A stretch of DNA of 64,000 nt. It comes from Octopus sinensis (taxonomy: Eukaryota). The first letter of the stretch is position 1. The number at the start of each line of letters is the position of its first letter. Position numbers and translations under genes: made by a program. The stretch is from positions 28,024,001-28,088,000 of the forward strand of contig NC_043002.1 in assembly GCF_006345805.1 (NCBI RefSeq), read 5' to 3'. This document shows, piece by piece, positions 1 through 14,039 of this stretch. The notes under the pieces were generated by a model. The model worked only from the letters and a program-made list of their open reading frames with translations, was not told where the DNA came from and did no database searches.

Positions 1-33
1 TATATATATACATATATATGCATATATATATAC

Positions 34-64
<31 letters not shown>

Positions 65-136
65 ATATATATATATATAATATATATATATATATACATA
101 CATACATATATATATACATACATACATATATATATA

Positions 137-180
<44 letters not shown>
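1..180. repeat. (TA)n/(CATA)n microsatellite
   Basis: Direct dinucleotide tract; one of many such tracts (e.g. 4615-4750, 4970-5250, 18753-18880, 22150-22320, 27383-27570, 62850-63165). Confidence 0.95.
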
Positions 181-296
181 GTAAATCTTTGTAGAAGCGG
201 GAATATTTCAATTTTGAAGTAAATTCATAAAGCTATATAAAATGCACATATTGTGTTCAAAATTACTTCTGCATATGTGTGTATGTGTGTGTGTGC

Positions 297-3082
297 AGGT
301 CCTGTTGTCATATTCAAACTCAGTGTGTGACACTCAAATTGTACACATAAGACAACTGAATATCGTCATATGCACTACATATCGCCCACCGGATGCCCCA
401 AATCACCCAGGCATGTTTTAAGACTGCCTAACAAAAATAGAAGAATCCTCACCAACCTTGAACAACACAACAGTGTATTCTTCATGGGTGACTTTAACTT
501 TCCCAATGTGGAATGACCTGGGGGGGGGGCAGATGCCCTCAGGGATGACACACCATCAGCAGGCACAGGCAGAGTCCCTGCTCCATCTCACAAATGTCTC
601 TTTCATGGAGCAAATAGTTCTGCAACCAACAAGGGCAGATAATATACTGGATCTCTGCTTCACAAACAATATGGATATTATCCATAATGTTAAAGTGATG
701 CCGACAATGACCTCGGATCACAACATAATAGAGCTGTCTATGTATGGACCAAAAGCCCCCGTAGACACACAGCCTATACGAAGCATCCACCATCTCTCCA
801 ACTTAAACTTTCATAAAGCAAACTGGAAGTTGATTGAGAAAGAGATCCTCAAACAGGATTGGTCTAAATGTCTCTCCACACCGGACATTAACATGAAACA
901 CAAACACTTCATGTCCATAATACAAGCCATATGTGACAAATATGTCCCAGTGTACAGGGCCAGCACACACAAAAACAAAAACAGGATCCCCAGAGAAAGG
1001 AGGATTCTTATGAGACGACGGACAAGGATTGCGAACCACCTGAGCAAGCACACCAAAAGTGGTGAGAAGTCTCGGCTCGAGAGAATGCTAATGGAAATTG
1101 AGAAAAGTCTGCATCAATCCCATGAAAAGGAGAGAGCAGATAAAGAAGTTTGGGTAATAGAAAATATAAAATCAAACCCTAAAGCTTTCTTTAAGTTTGC
1201 CAAAAAGACAGCCACAGTGCACCAGAGAATAGGACCTCTCTTCCAAAAAGATGGCTCTCTCACAGGAAATCCCACGAGGATAAGTGAAATACTGAACGAA
1301 CAATTCCAAAGTGTGTTCACTACACCTCTGGGACACAGGCAGGTAAACAACCCAGAAGAATTCTTTGCCACTTTACCTGCGGCCAAAGAGGCAAAAATTG
1401 AGTACATCAACATTGAAGATGATGATATCACACTAGCCACAGATGAGATTGACACAAACTCAGCTGCTGGACCTGATGGATTTCCAGCGATCCTTCTCAA
1501 ATCGTGCAAACGAGCCTTTGCAAAACCGCTACAGCTTCTTTTTCAGAGCTTTCTTGCAAGTGGTAAGCTCCCAGTCAAATTGAAAGAGGGGGTAATATGC
1601 CCTATCCATAAGGGAGGTAGCAGAGCAGATGCTAAAACTTATAGGCCTATCTCTCTGACCTCACACATCAGCAAAGTCATGGAACGAATAGTCCGCAAGA
1701 AACTAATCATGTTCCTTGAAGAAAATGACTTGCTGTCTGACACCCAGCATGGATTTCGACCAGGTAGAAGCTGCCTAACAGCTCCTGCAACACTATGACT
1801 GGGTGTTAAAACAGCTACTAAATTGATCTCGACTTTGCAAAAGCCTTTGATAAAGTCGACCATAGTATGATCTGTCACAAACTGCGTGGTCTCGGCATAG
1901 GCGGAAAACTTGGAGAGTGGCTGCACAACTTCCTAAAAGATAGAAGACAGGCAGTTGTGAGCAATGGAGCCACCTCCAAGGAAACACAAATAACAAGCGG
2001 TGTTCCACAGGGCACTGTCTTGGGGCCACTGCTGTTCATAGTGGCCCTTTCAAACATGCCTTCAGTTGCTACGATGGCCATCCTTGCTAGCTATGCAGAT
2101 GACACAAAAGTCTCCCACACAATACAAAACCCTGAAAATATTGCGCATCTGCAACAGGAGTTGGACAAAATATACAGGTGGGCGGAGGACAACAACATGC
2201 AGTTTAATGCAGGTAAGTTCCAGGCCCTGCGCTACCGGCACACAAAGGTAAACGACGTGCAGACTGGATACACTGGCCCAGGAAGAATTGCAATCCCTGA
2301 GTCAAAATCAGTGCGTGACCTAGGCATTGACATGAGCAATGATGCATCTTTCCAAGTGCATATTACTAATCTGGTGATAAAAGCAGACGGCTAGCTGTAT
2401 GGATTCTCCGAACTTTCAGAACAAGAGAGAAGTAGACACTGATGGTCCTCTGGAAAACATTCGTCCTCAGCCGCTTGGACTACTGCTCCCAACTATGGTC
2501 ACCACACAATATAAAACTAACAGCAGAACTCGAAGCAATTCAGAGAAGCTACACAAAGAAGATCGTCTCAATGCAAAATATCAGCTACTGGGAAAGACTG
2601 AAAGTATTAAACCTCTTCTCCCTAGAGCGGAGGCGGGAGAGATATGCGGTGATATACATCTGGAAAATCCTGGAAGGTCTTGTCCCAAACTTTGGCATTC
2701 AAAGTTACCCCAACCGCAGAACGGGGCGCCACTGCATGGTGCCAAAGATTCCAACATCACCATCAAAATACAGGACCAGATACAGCAATAGCTTGGGTTT
2801 CAGAGGACCACAGCTCTTTAACATCCTCCCTAAATGCATGAGAAACTTGCATGGTGTGGATGTGGGTTTCTTTAAAACTAAACTGGATCTCTTCTTGTCG
2901 GGAGTCCCAGATGAACCTACCTCACGACAGGAGACGCAGATGAGGGCAGCAGCATCGAACTCCTTGGTTGATCAAGTGCCACGTATCAGAGGTGGATTCA
3001 CATATTAGTGTAGCTCATTCAGCGGTGGTGCCCCAGTATGGCCGCGGCCTTCGGGCTAAAACATTTTTAAGGATTTAAGGAT
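297..3082 (+). mobile_element. CR1-type LINE, 5'-truncated ORF2 (APE endonuclease + RT), frameshifted
   Basis: Translations show GDFN..P, PTRADNILDLCFTN, YRPISLTS, QHGFR, SGVPQGTVLGPLLF, YADD, WERLKVLNLFSLERRRER across ORFs 458-1798, 1867-2394, 2442-3008; short ATTTAAGG-type tail at ~3063-3082. Confidence 0.9.
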
Positions 3083-3133
3083 ACAAACGTACACACATAC
3101 ACACAGACAGAGAGACACATACCTACAAACAAA

Positions 3134-3758
3134 CTAGGCCTGATCAATAAGTATCCGGGCTTTTACAACAGTAACGAAGCTAAAGCATGTAGAGTGAAGC
3201 CGCTTGGAACAGATTGACCTTCAACTCCGTTTTAACATGCTTGGAAGGAAGTTGTGTACTATGTGATCGTCGCTTTGACCATGACAGAGAAAGTCGTCAA
3301 AGCAAGACCCATCCAGAAACTTACGCAAAGTTGCAGAAAGTATACAGGGTGAATGTATAAGCTGCACACAAGCGTACCAATGGTTTAGATGTCTTGAAGA
3401 TGACCGAAAAAATATTGATATTGAGGAACGTTTTGGTAGATCTGCAACCAGCAGAATTGAGAAAAATATCGTAGATGTTTGTGCAGCTGTGAAGTGGAAT
3501 ATAAACTCTGTGAGATGTCAGAGGATGTGCAGCATAGTTACGCTTCAGCTCAATCTATTTCCACTGAAAATATGGGTATAAGACGCGTGTCTGCCAACTT
3601 TTCGCTAAAACTGCTTTCAGCTGACCAAAAAGACACTCGGATTTCAGTCGCACAAGATCTTGATTGTGTCGAGAACAATGAAAACTTTATGAAAACTTTG
3701 CATAGGCTTTAGCTTTGTTACTATTGCAAATCCAGATATTTATTGATCAGACCTCGTA
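3134..3758 (+). mobile_element. Tc1/mariner internally deleted element
   Basis: Imperfect TIRs (aggcctgatcaataagtatccgg ... ccagatatttattgatcagacctcgta); degenerate transposase N-terminus (QWFR..ED....I..EER.GR) and 'GIRRVSA.F..KLLSADQK..R'. Confidence 0.7.
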
Positions 3759-3818
3759 CATACATATTTGCATCTTTTGTATTTAATGTTGTACCTGTTT
3801 CAGTCATTAACCTATACT

Positions 3819-3956
3819 GATACTGGGGCACTGCCTTGATAAACTCAGTTCACCTTACCAACCCCAGTACTTATTTCTTTAACACTTGTACTTCTATTGA
3901 TCTCCATCGCTAAACTGCTACGTTACGGTGACAAATGCGTAAACACGGAAATACAC

Positions 3957-4017
<61 letters not shown>

Positions 4018-4178
4018 TGTGTGTGTGTGTGTGTGTTAGAGTGTATTTCCGTGTTTACGCATTTGTCAACGTAACGTAGCAGTTTAGCGATGGAGATCAA
4101 TAGAAGTACAAGTGTTAAAGAAATAAGTACTGGGGTTGGTAAGGTGAACTGAGTTTATCAAGGCAGTGTCCCAGTATC
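3819..4178. repeat. Near-perfect inverted duplication of a degenerate SINE segment around a (TA)n(TG)n tract
   Basis: 3819-3957 is the reverse complement of ~4040-4178 with only a few mismatches. Confidence 0.85.
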
Positions 4179-4191
4179 ATATATATATATA

Positions 4192-4356
4192 GGCGCAGGA
4201 GTGGCTGTGTGGTAAGTAGCTTGCTAACCAACCACATGGTTGCGGGTTCAGTCTTGGGCATCTTGGGCAAGTGTCTTTTGCTATAGCCCCGGGCCGACCA
4301 ATGCCTTGTGAGTGGATTTGGTAGACGGAAACTGAAAGAAGCCTGTCGTATATATG

Positions 4357-4391
<35 letters not shown>

Positions 4392-4613
4392 GTGTGTGTG
4401 TGTTTGTGTGTTTGTCTCCCTAGCATTGCTTGACAACCGATGCTGGTGTGTCTACGTCCCCGCCACTTAGCGGTTCGGCAAAAGAGACCGATAGAATAAG
4501 TACTAGGCTTACAAAGAATAAGTTCCGGGGTCGATTTGATCGACTAAAGGCGGTGCTCCAGCATGGCCGCAGTCAAATGACTGAAACAAGTAAAAGAGTA
4601 AAAGAGTAAAGAG
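4192..4613 (+). mobile_element. tRNA-derived SINE (family 1) with internal microsatellite
   Basis: Head ggcgcaggagtggctgtgtggtaag (A-box) / gggttcagtc (B-box), body ttgggcaagtgtc...ggaaactgaaagaagcc, tail (gtaaaaga)n; near-identical copies elsewhere in window. Confidence 0.9.
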
Positions 4614-4689
4614 TATATATATATATATATATATATATCATATATATATATATATATATCATATATATCATATATCATATATATATATA

Positions 4690-5130
<441 letters not shown>

Positions 5131-5172
5131 TATATATATATATATATATATAAATATCATATATATATATAT

Positions 5173-5253
<81 letters not shown>

Positions 5254-5506
5254 AAGATCATTTGCAAGACATGCTTGCGTTTCAAAGATAAATATGGAGC
5301 GATGCAAAATTCCCTTTTCTTCCAGAGACAACATTAGAACGCAAGACCTGGCGCCATTTCTGTTTTGCTTACGGTCAAAGATTTGAGCAAAGATGACTGC
5401 AGCATCGGCACCAACTCCATGCAAGCATGAAGGCACGCTAGCATAACGCTGCTCCTCTAAATGAAGACCTTATTGTAATTGTGCTTTTTATGACACGGAG
5501 CAAAAC

Positions 5507-6717
5507 AGTTCAACTTTCCGATCTTGCAGGTGCAATCCTGTGTAAATCCACGTGGGCTAATGTCCTGATATTGTAAACATCGAGAAAAATAAAAGCGAAC
5601 ATATCAACGCTCAATAACAGAATGGTTGCGGAGATGGCATTTAAGTGGTAAAAAGAAAGAAAAGCAAATAAATAGAAACGGTGGTAGATACAGTGAAGGG
5701 AGGGTGGTTAAGGATTGCTTTGAAGATAAAGTAAGGTATATAAAAAAATATTGTGTCTGAGAATATATTGTAGAACGATAACCAAGAAAATAAGAGAGAG
5801 GATGAGATGGAGGAGCAGGTAAAGGGAGATAACATAAAAACAAAATAAACAAAATAGAGCAAAATGAAATGAATTTAAAGAGAATAATAGTTGCCAGTAG
5901 CATTCTTCCAGTCTACAGGGTTTGGGGAGAAAATCTAGTAGTAAGTACTTGAGTCCGTTCTGGCTAAAATCAGTATATGTAGATATTATTTTTAGCAATG
6001 GGGTTACAAGTGTGTAGGTAGTCGTCAATGGAGAAACTGTTTGCATGATAATTATAAGGGGATTTATTAGATTAATCGTTAAAAATAAATTAAAGAAGTA
6101 ATGATTATCTTATAAAGTGATGAGGTAAGGTTGATAGAAGAGATATGTGTTAATGATCATGGAAGTTTGCAATGTGGGTGTTATTCGTGGGGGTGAATTT
6201 ACAGCTAGATTTATGAAAGAATTTAAAAGTGTGGAAGGATTTGTGTTTACACATTGTGAAGGCTTCGTTGTACTTATTAGGCAATTGTAGTGAGTTATAG
6301 GTTAATATTTCGAGGGCTTCTTTTAAGCAGAGTCCACAAATGGAATGCTGGCTCTGATATGGGATACCAGTGTCTATTATAGCCCAGGAAAGTCTATATA
6401 GTATTTTTCTATTAATTAGATGGTGTATGTGGCCAGCTAGTGATGTGGAATTGCTATTCTCTTTATATTTAAACGAGTTTAAATGTACATAATATCTTTG
6501 TTTAAACTTTTGTGATAGATCGAATGTAGTAGCTATAGGATTTATTTACTATGTTGTGGACGGTGCAATGGTATACGCCGTTAAATCTTCTGCAATGGGC
6601 CTGCATCGAGTGGTCTGTCCCAGATCTGCCGTTGCAGCTATCAGTTCTACGATCGTTAATTTGAGAGAGAGATGAGGTAGTGCTGGTAATGGATATGGTA
6701 GCTTTAGGTGAATCGCT
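5507..6717 (-). mobile_element. Penelope-like element 3' fragment, left arm of a large inverted repeat
   Basis: Reverse complement of 11520-13223; 6225-6520 encodes GIY-YIG C-terminal-like FKQRYYVHLNSF...WAIID...CGLCLKEALEIL...CKHK. Confidence 0.7.
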
Positions 6718-6833
6718 CGTGATATTGCTGTTATTATAGCCGTTGTTTTTAGTATCAATATCAACACCATCGTTACTATTATTATTATAGTCACTATCGT
6801 TATCGGTATCACTATTATAATTATAAATTATTG

Positions 6834-6884
<51 letters not shown>

Positions 6885-6996
6885 GTAGTAGTAGTAGTAG
6901 TAGTAGTAAGAGCCGGAGCAGTGTAGCACTATTGGTAGTAGTGTTGGTATTAGCAGTGGTAGTGGAGGTGGTATTATTGATGTTATTGCAACTATT

Positions 6997-7281
6997 TGTT
7001 GTACCGCACTTTCCACATGCGATATAACGGGATAATAACGTCCTCGCAAATCTTTCTACTTAAGATACACAATACTTGTAATTACACTTGACAATACGCA
7101 ACTCTCGGCTTTACACAGCTCACCGACTCTCCCTCACTCTCTCTGTGTCTTTTTCTCTCTCTTTCTCTGTGTCTTTCTCTCCCCCCCTCTCTCTCTCTCT
7201 CGTCTCTGCGCATATCCATTTATATTGAGGCACAGTCCGCTAGGAGCCAACCAACAAAGGGTGTTCTACTTCCACACAACA
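6997..7281 (-). repeat. 3' LTR
   Basis: Direct repeat of 11250-11480, TG...CA termini. Confidence 0.9.
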
Positions 7282-7324
7282 GCTCCCTCTTTTGAGATTG
7301 GTTTTGTCTTCTTTTATTCTTTTA

Positions 7325-8502
7325 CTAGCAGCATAGCCCGACGTTGCCCGGGTATGTAAGAGCCCCTAGTAGGCAACGACTAATCCCAATCTAGTCCTTT
7401 CCCTCTGGGGAACGAAGGCGCATGTGTAGGTTGCAATGTCTTTCTCTTCACTCCCAAATAACTATCAAACAGCTATCGATAATTCAACCCAACCAATTCC
7501 TACCAGGAAGAAATTACATTCGAGACTTTACCCCCAACACCGCCACTTCTGGTAATAGCTGCTGCAGCCGCAAGTTATTCGAAAACTTTTTTTGTTTAAA
7601 CTTTCTTTATAACTACCACCCCAAACGTTTTACCTTAAATTTTTGACGTACCCTAAGGGTCCTCGGACGCTGCTTGCAAACTCTTGGTTTATTATAAACC
7701 GCTTTTGTCGTGTGCACCAAAAAACCTTTTCTATTCGTTTGTTCAGTTTGGTCACTTTTGACTTTTTCGTTGTTGTCACTCACATTGCTGCCCGCTTTTT
7801 GCTGTTTTTGTACATTTTTATGCATTTTGGGATACTTACCCCACGTGTTCCGAGAGAGAGTTAAAAAGGTCGAGTTGAGTCCCCTAGACAGTCTGTGGTT
7901 TGTGTTTAATACACAAATCGGTTTGCTATGTGTGCCACATATGATTTAATTAACCGATTTTTTCCAGTAATAAAGTATCCTATTGGAATAAAAAGGGCCA
8001 TATAGCTCCTTGGAGCAGACATGATGCTCGCTGTGAATTTAAAAAAAAATTCCTGCCAATTTGTGAAAGATATTGTCGAAAATATGTCATCTTGAATTTG
8101 AACGCGATTTCCCAAAATGGCATGATTTTATCGATTTTTTCTGATGGTAAGGTATTGCATGGAAAACTAACGTCAGAATTAAGTTTGTTAGGGTAACATT
8201 AAGCTTCACCATGAGTTTGGTGAAAATCGATTGCAAGTTGCGAAAACTACAACAGAAAATGTGTTGCATATAAAAAGCTTAGATTCTCGACCCCATGTCG
8301 AATTTATCAATTCTTTTCAGAACTGGGGGAACTTTTCAAAATTTTCGCTGCGTTAGTTTTGAATTATGACATTGGGCTATGTGTATGTCAAGTTTCATCA
8401 GAATCGGTTGAAAGCCGTGGTCAGGGTGAGGGTACAACCTGACAGACACACAGACACACAGACACACAGACAGACAAACTGCCGTTTATATATATAGAGA
8501 GA
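7325..8502 (-). mobile_element. Non-autonomous Helitron-like element nested in the Gypsy
   Basis: On - strand starts TCTCTCTATATATATAAACGGCAG, ends CCCGGGCAACGTCGGG hairpin + CTAG, inserted between A and T with no TSD. Confidence 0.75.
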
Positions 8503-10639
8503 TTTCTATCATAATTTTATTTCCTTGGTGAGAAACTGGTATATGTCTTTCTCTTTTTCCCTTCATGTCTGTATGCTTTCTTTTCTTGGTCGACCTACGT
8601 GTCGATTCTGCATTCACTTGTGGTATGGGACCTGGGACATGTCATACCATATATCCACTCGTTCATCTCGCCTTTCTTGATTTTTGGTATATCCTTTCTT
8701 TAATAGAATAAAATGCCTTTTATGTTTGTAATTTAGTCCTTTACCATGTACATTACATTATCCAGACTTTCAGTTATATTACCTTGTTCCCAGTCCTGTT
8801 TTCCGTTTTTATATATTTTAAATTACACCTCATCACCTGTGCTAAAATATTTCGTTCTACTTCCCGAATTTTGTATTTTCCGTCTCCTACTCAGCGACAG
8901 TTTGTCAAACACAGAACGAATCTCTCTGGAGAACATCAAATCTGAGGATGACCTACCCGAATCTGTATTTGGATTCAGTGTTATTCTGTACATTTGTAAG
9001 AACTTTGTCATTTTCCTATCTTCAAAAGTTTACCGTCTGGTCTTCCTTAAGGCTCTCCTTAATGTGTCGACGAATCTTTCCACTAACGCATTTGACCCTG
9101 GATGGTATGGCGGAGTTAACACATGTTTCATCTGGATTGACTTACAGAATTTTTCGAACACCTTCGCCGTGAATTTTGTGCCATTATCTGACACGATCGT
9201 ATCTTGCACTCCATAACGAGCGAACAATTCTTCCAAGAAGTCAATAGACACATTTGTGTTTGGCTTTGAACATTTACACACTTCATGCCATTTCGAATAG
9301 CTATCCACCACGATGATATAATAAGAGCCATTTATTGGCCCTGAAAAATCCACATGCTGAATCTCTTTATTAGCCCTGAAAAGTCCATGCTGAATCCGTT
9401 TTTGACCACGGCTGTATCTGCACTGGGGTACCTTTACTGACATAGCGTATGCCCTACATTGTTTTACCAGTCTCTCAATTTGTTTGTCCATATTCGTCCA
9501 ATACACGTAACTCCTCATGAGGCTTTTCATCCGGGCAAACCCCGGATGTTCTGCATGGAAGTCTTTCAGTATTTATTGTTTTGCAGTGCTTCAGGTATTA
9601 CCACCCTTTGTGCATATAATAACACATCATCACATACTGAATAATACTTTGAGACTGGGTTCCACTCTTTTATATATTTCCAACAATATACTTTTATCTT
9701 GTTTATGAATATGTCTTTTTCCGATTTTAATTTAATTTCTTCTAGCGTTACTGGCAAATCACGTACTACATTGCACAAAATATTCTTCAGTTCCATTTCT
9801 AGTTTTAACGATGCAAACACCGTATCTTCAAAAGGTTCCTTAATTTTGGAATTAGCCTAGACAAGCCGTCAGTGTCCCATTTTCTTTGATGACAAAAACT
9901 CCATCTGAAAAGCATTGTTCAACAGGGTAGTCCCCCAACTCAGTAAACGGTTTACTGAATATGTAGGAATACCCTTTTTCGAGCCGAAAATAGACAGTAA
10001 TGGCTGGTGATCAGTTTGCAGTGTAAACTTCTTAGCGTGTAGGAATTTATGGAATTTCTTTACTGCGAAAAAGCTTCATTTTCGATCTGGCAGTAGTTTT
10101 TTCTGCTGCTAGGAGAATTCTTGATGCATGTGCAATAGCTTTGATTTTATTATCATTAAATTTATGCAATATCACAGCTCCTATATCATATTCACTGACA
10201 TCCAATACCACAATTATTTTCAGGTTTGGGTCAAAATGAGTTAATGACAACTCCGATGTTAACCTCTTTTTTAATTCTTCGAATGCTTTCTCACATTCGT
10301 TTGTCCTGTCACATTTCGTGTCTTTCTTTAATAAATTATTCAACAGAGCTCTTAGATCATACATTTTATGTATGTACAGCTGGTAATAACTTACCAGACC
10401 TAAAAATACTTTATCGCGTCGACCCTAAAAGGCATTTGAAAATATCTGGTGTTAATTCTCTGAGCTTAAACCTTTCAGAAGCCTTATTAACAATACTGCC
10501 AAATGTTAAAAAGTCGTCGGACTCATTCTTCTTTAAATTTAATCATTTCCACCGATTGTTAAACAGCAAACCTTTTTCACTAAAAATATTAGTCAAAATA
10601 TCTGTTTCTTTATTGCTCACAAGGGGCTAAACATAGAGG

Positions 10640-10815
10640 GGACAAACAAGGACAGACAAACGGATTAAGTCGATTACACAGACCCCAGTGCGTAACTGGT
10701 ACTTAATTTATCGACCCCGAAAGCATGAAAGGCAAAGTCGACCTCGGTGGAATTTGAACTCAGAACGCAACGACAGACGCAATACCGCTAAGCATTTCGC
10801 CCGGTGTGCTAACGT
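10640..10815 (-). mobile_element. tRNA-derived SINE (family 2) nested in Gypsy
   Basis: Reverse complement of ...gttctgagttcaaattcc..gaggtcgactttgcctttcat...gggtcgataaattaagtaccag; same family at 14040-14260, 16880-17045, 31995-32175, 33160-33375, 45385-45590. Confidence 0.8.
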
Positions 10816-11249
10816 CAAAATATCGTTTCATCAAACCATGAGTCCGCGGGTTTTCCCGGCAAAATAAAGTTACAAAAACATTCGTGTTCCGGAGGGGCAG
10901 TTTTCGCAGATTTTCACTAGACCATCCCTTGCATTCCTCTCTGAATATGTCCTCGTATCGTCTGTAATACGCGATAAAGGTAGTTCCTTCAACCGGTTTG
11001 TAATGAAATTCTTCGATGGAGTTTGCAACACCATCCGCTAAAAATGATTCTGTCGTATTTCTCGACTTCAGTAACAACTCTGTTAACTACTGAAGTTACT
11101 ACTGCTGATCTTGTTTTACGACTGCTTTCAGTAATTCATCCTTTTCGGTACTACTTCCAGTTTCACTATAGTTCGAATCATCGGTACTGTTCGAAACCTC
11201 GACGCCACTGTTGTATCAGCGGCGATATTGTCCGAATCCGCGTTGCCAC

Positions 11250-11480
11250 TGTTGTATCGTACGTTCGACGTACGATATAACGGTATAATAAGTAATGCCC
11301 TCGCAAATTGTTCTATCAAAGATACACAATACTTGTAATTACACTCGACAATACGTAACTCTCGGCTTTACATAGCTCACCGACTCCCTCCCCACCAACT
11401 CTCTCTGCGCATGTCCATTTATATTGAGGCACAGTACATTAGGAGTCAACCAAAATGGGGTGTTCTACTACCACAAAACA
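11250..11480 (-). repeat. 5' LTR
   Basis: Direct repeat of 6997-7281. Confidence 0.9.
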
Positions 11481-11519
11481 CTATTAGTAGTAGCATTTGT
11501 GGTACAAGTGTTAGTGGAA

Positions 11520-12415
11520 CGATTCACCTAATACTACCATAGCCATTACCAGCACTACCTCATCTCTCTATCTAATTAGCCATTGTAAAACTGATAGCTG
11601 CAACTGCAGATCTGGGACAGACCACTCGCTACAAGCCCATTGCAGCAGATCCAACGCCGTATACCATTGCACCGTCCACAACATAGTAAATAAATCCGAT
11701 AGCTCCTAACATTCGATCTATCACAAAAGTTTAAACAAAGATATTATGTACATTTAAACTCGTTTAAATATAAAGAGAATAGCAATTCCACATCAATAGC
11801 TGGCCACATACACCATCTAATTAATAGAAAAATACTATATAGACTTTCCTGGGCTATAATAGACACTGGTATCCCATATCAGAGCCAGCATTCCATTTGT
11901 GGACTCTGCTTAAAAGAAGCCCTCGAAATATTAACCTATAACTCACTACAATTGCCTAATAAGCACAACGAAGCCTTCACAATGTGTAAACACAAATCCT
12001 TCCACACTTTTAAATTCTTTCATAAATCTAGCTGTAAATTCAACCCCACGAATAACACCCACATTGCAAACTTCCATGATCATTAACACATACCCCTCTA
12101 TATCTCTTCTATCAACCTTACCTCATCACTTTATAAGATAACCATTAATTCTTTAATTTATTTTTAACGATTAACCTAATAAATCCCCTAATATTTAATT
12201 CTTCAACCTACTCCTAAATACAGTTCTATATTTAAGAGATGAGGAATTATGTACATTATTTACATTATTTACGTTATTTACATAATTTACATTATTTACA
12301 TTTGACGAATATTAGGCTGATATACCCTCCAAACTTCACCAGGTGTCTTGGGGGAAATCTCGAACCTGGGTTCTCATTCCTAACGTATTTTTCGATGTTA
12401 TTTTTATAATTATTA

Positions 12416-12466
<51 letters not shown>

Positions 12467-13223
12467 TATTATTATATTATTATTATTAGGAATGAGAACC
12501 TAGGTTCGAAATCTCCCCAAGACACCAGATGAAGGCTGGGGAGTATATCAGCCGAAACGTGTTAACAGCAAACAAGATGAGGACAAATATACGTCAAATG
12601 TAAACAATGCATATAATGTAAATAATGTACTCCTAAATAATTTAACATTCAACTAGTTTCTCCATCCACGGCTACCTACACACCCGTAACCCCATTGCTA
12701 AAAATAACTCTACATCCACTGATCTTAGCCAGAAGGGACACAAGTATTTACAACTAGATTTCCTCCCTCAACCCCTCAAGACTAGAAGAATATTACTAGC
12801 ACCTATTATTCTTTTTAAAATTCCTTTCATTTTACCCTATTTTGTTTATTTTGTTGTTGTTTTTTTACGTTATCTTTCTTTTCCTCTCCTTTCTCTTATC
12901 TTCTTGGCTATCTTTGTACACTATACTCTTAGATACTATATTTTTATATACCTTACATTATCCCTTTACTTCTCCCTCACTCTATCTACATCCCTTTCTA
13001 TTTATATACTTTTCTTTCATTTTACCACTTAATAGCCACTCCCGTTACCATTCTGTTATTGAACGTTGATATGTTCGCGTTTTTTTTCTTGATGTTTACA
13101 ATATCAGGACTTTAACCCACATGGATTTACACAGGATTATACCTAAGGACTTATGGGCTTATATCCGATCTTGTAGATATAAGGACTCATGGACTTATAT
13201 CTACAAGATCGGAAATTTGAACA
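11520..13223 (+). mobile_element. Penelope-like element 3' fragment, right arm of the inverted repeat
   Basis: 11720-12015 translates SQKFKQRYYVHLNSFKYKENSNSTSIAGHIHHL...WAIIDTGIPY...CGLCLKEALEIL...NKHNEAFTMCKHK; interrupted at 12221-12640. Confidence 0.7.
12221..12639. mobile_element. Foldback element with (ATT)n centre and degenerate hammerhead-like motif
   Basis: Arms 12315-12382 / 12487-12553 inverted; flanked by duplicated tactcctaaata; ccagatga-aggctg..cagcc-gaaac at 12525-12558. Confidence 0.6.
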
Positions 13224-14039
13224 GTGAACGTTTATACTTTTTTCTTCTCTTTCTTCATCTCCTTATTCCTTTATTTCTGCCCTCTATGTCGTCATTTCAT
13301 TAATCTATACCCTTCTTATTTTCCCTATTTGTCTTTGAAGACAGCATATAACATACTCAGTCACATTCTGCAAGGTTAGTTTAACATCTTGATTCAGCGT
13401 TGATAATATTCTTTTTCTTGTTCCGCGACCTCCGTTGCCACAAGCCCTTTAACGAATATTAGGCATTTGAACATATCTGGCGTTAATTCTCTAAGCTTAA
13501 ACTTTTCACAAAACAGAAGCAGCTGTCAGACTTTGAATTTATTTCTAATAATGTATATGACTTGAGATGTATCCCTCGCCTTAGTGCTTGTTGTCCTCCT
13601 ATAATATTTCTGTTCTTTCAACATGTGATCTCTTGAGCACCACCAGCAAAAATATTTTTTTCCTCTGTCTTCCCGTCTCGGGATCTTTCCTTCTCCTTGT
13701 TTCCGACGAAGAGCTCCGCTCGAAACGTTAAACCCTCCTTCCCTTCTTTCCTGAGCGTCAAATAATACTTTAATTGTTCCACGTCCTCGCGTTGCTGTGT
13801 TTTTTTCTGTGTTTTTTTCTGTGTTTTCTTGTTTGGTTTAACTTTATATATATACACCCCACGAAAAGTTAAGCATGTTGTTAATAGAAGTCAGCATAGA
13901 AAGAGAGTTGAATTTATTCTCATGTCAATTACACTAGGCGGAGGTTTAAGTTGATGATGGTTAAAAAACTACACCATGAATGTGAAATGGTGATTAAAAT
14001 ACAATTATTTAATTATGTCTTTATTTCCAATACAATTAA

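Larger units (their letters stand above)
6997..11480 (-). mobile_element. Gypsy/Ty3 LTR retrotransposon, degenerate and internally deleted
   Basis: LTRs TG..CA at 6997-7281 and 11250-11480; 5-bp TSD ctatt (6992-6996, 11481-11485); PPT next to 7281; PBS-like TGGCAACGCGG before 11250; gag remnant 10760-11077, RNaseH 10047-10364, integrase 9030-9530 (HVDFSGP, IVSDNGTKF, PPYHPGSNALVERF). Confidence 0.92.

Noticed and set aside
4192-4270. tRNA genes at SINE heads
   Set aside because: Pol III boxes continue into repeated SINE bodies; no complete cloverleaf
13938-13990. Possible upstream exon RRFKLMMVKKLHHECEM
   Set aside because: Weak splice sites, wrong phase for the A1 acceptor, no signal-peptide character; 5' end of gene left unresolved
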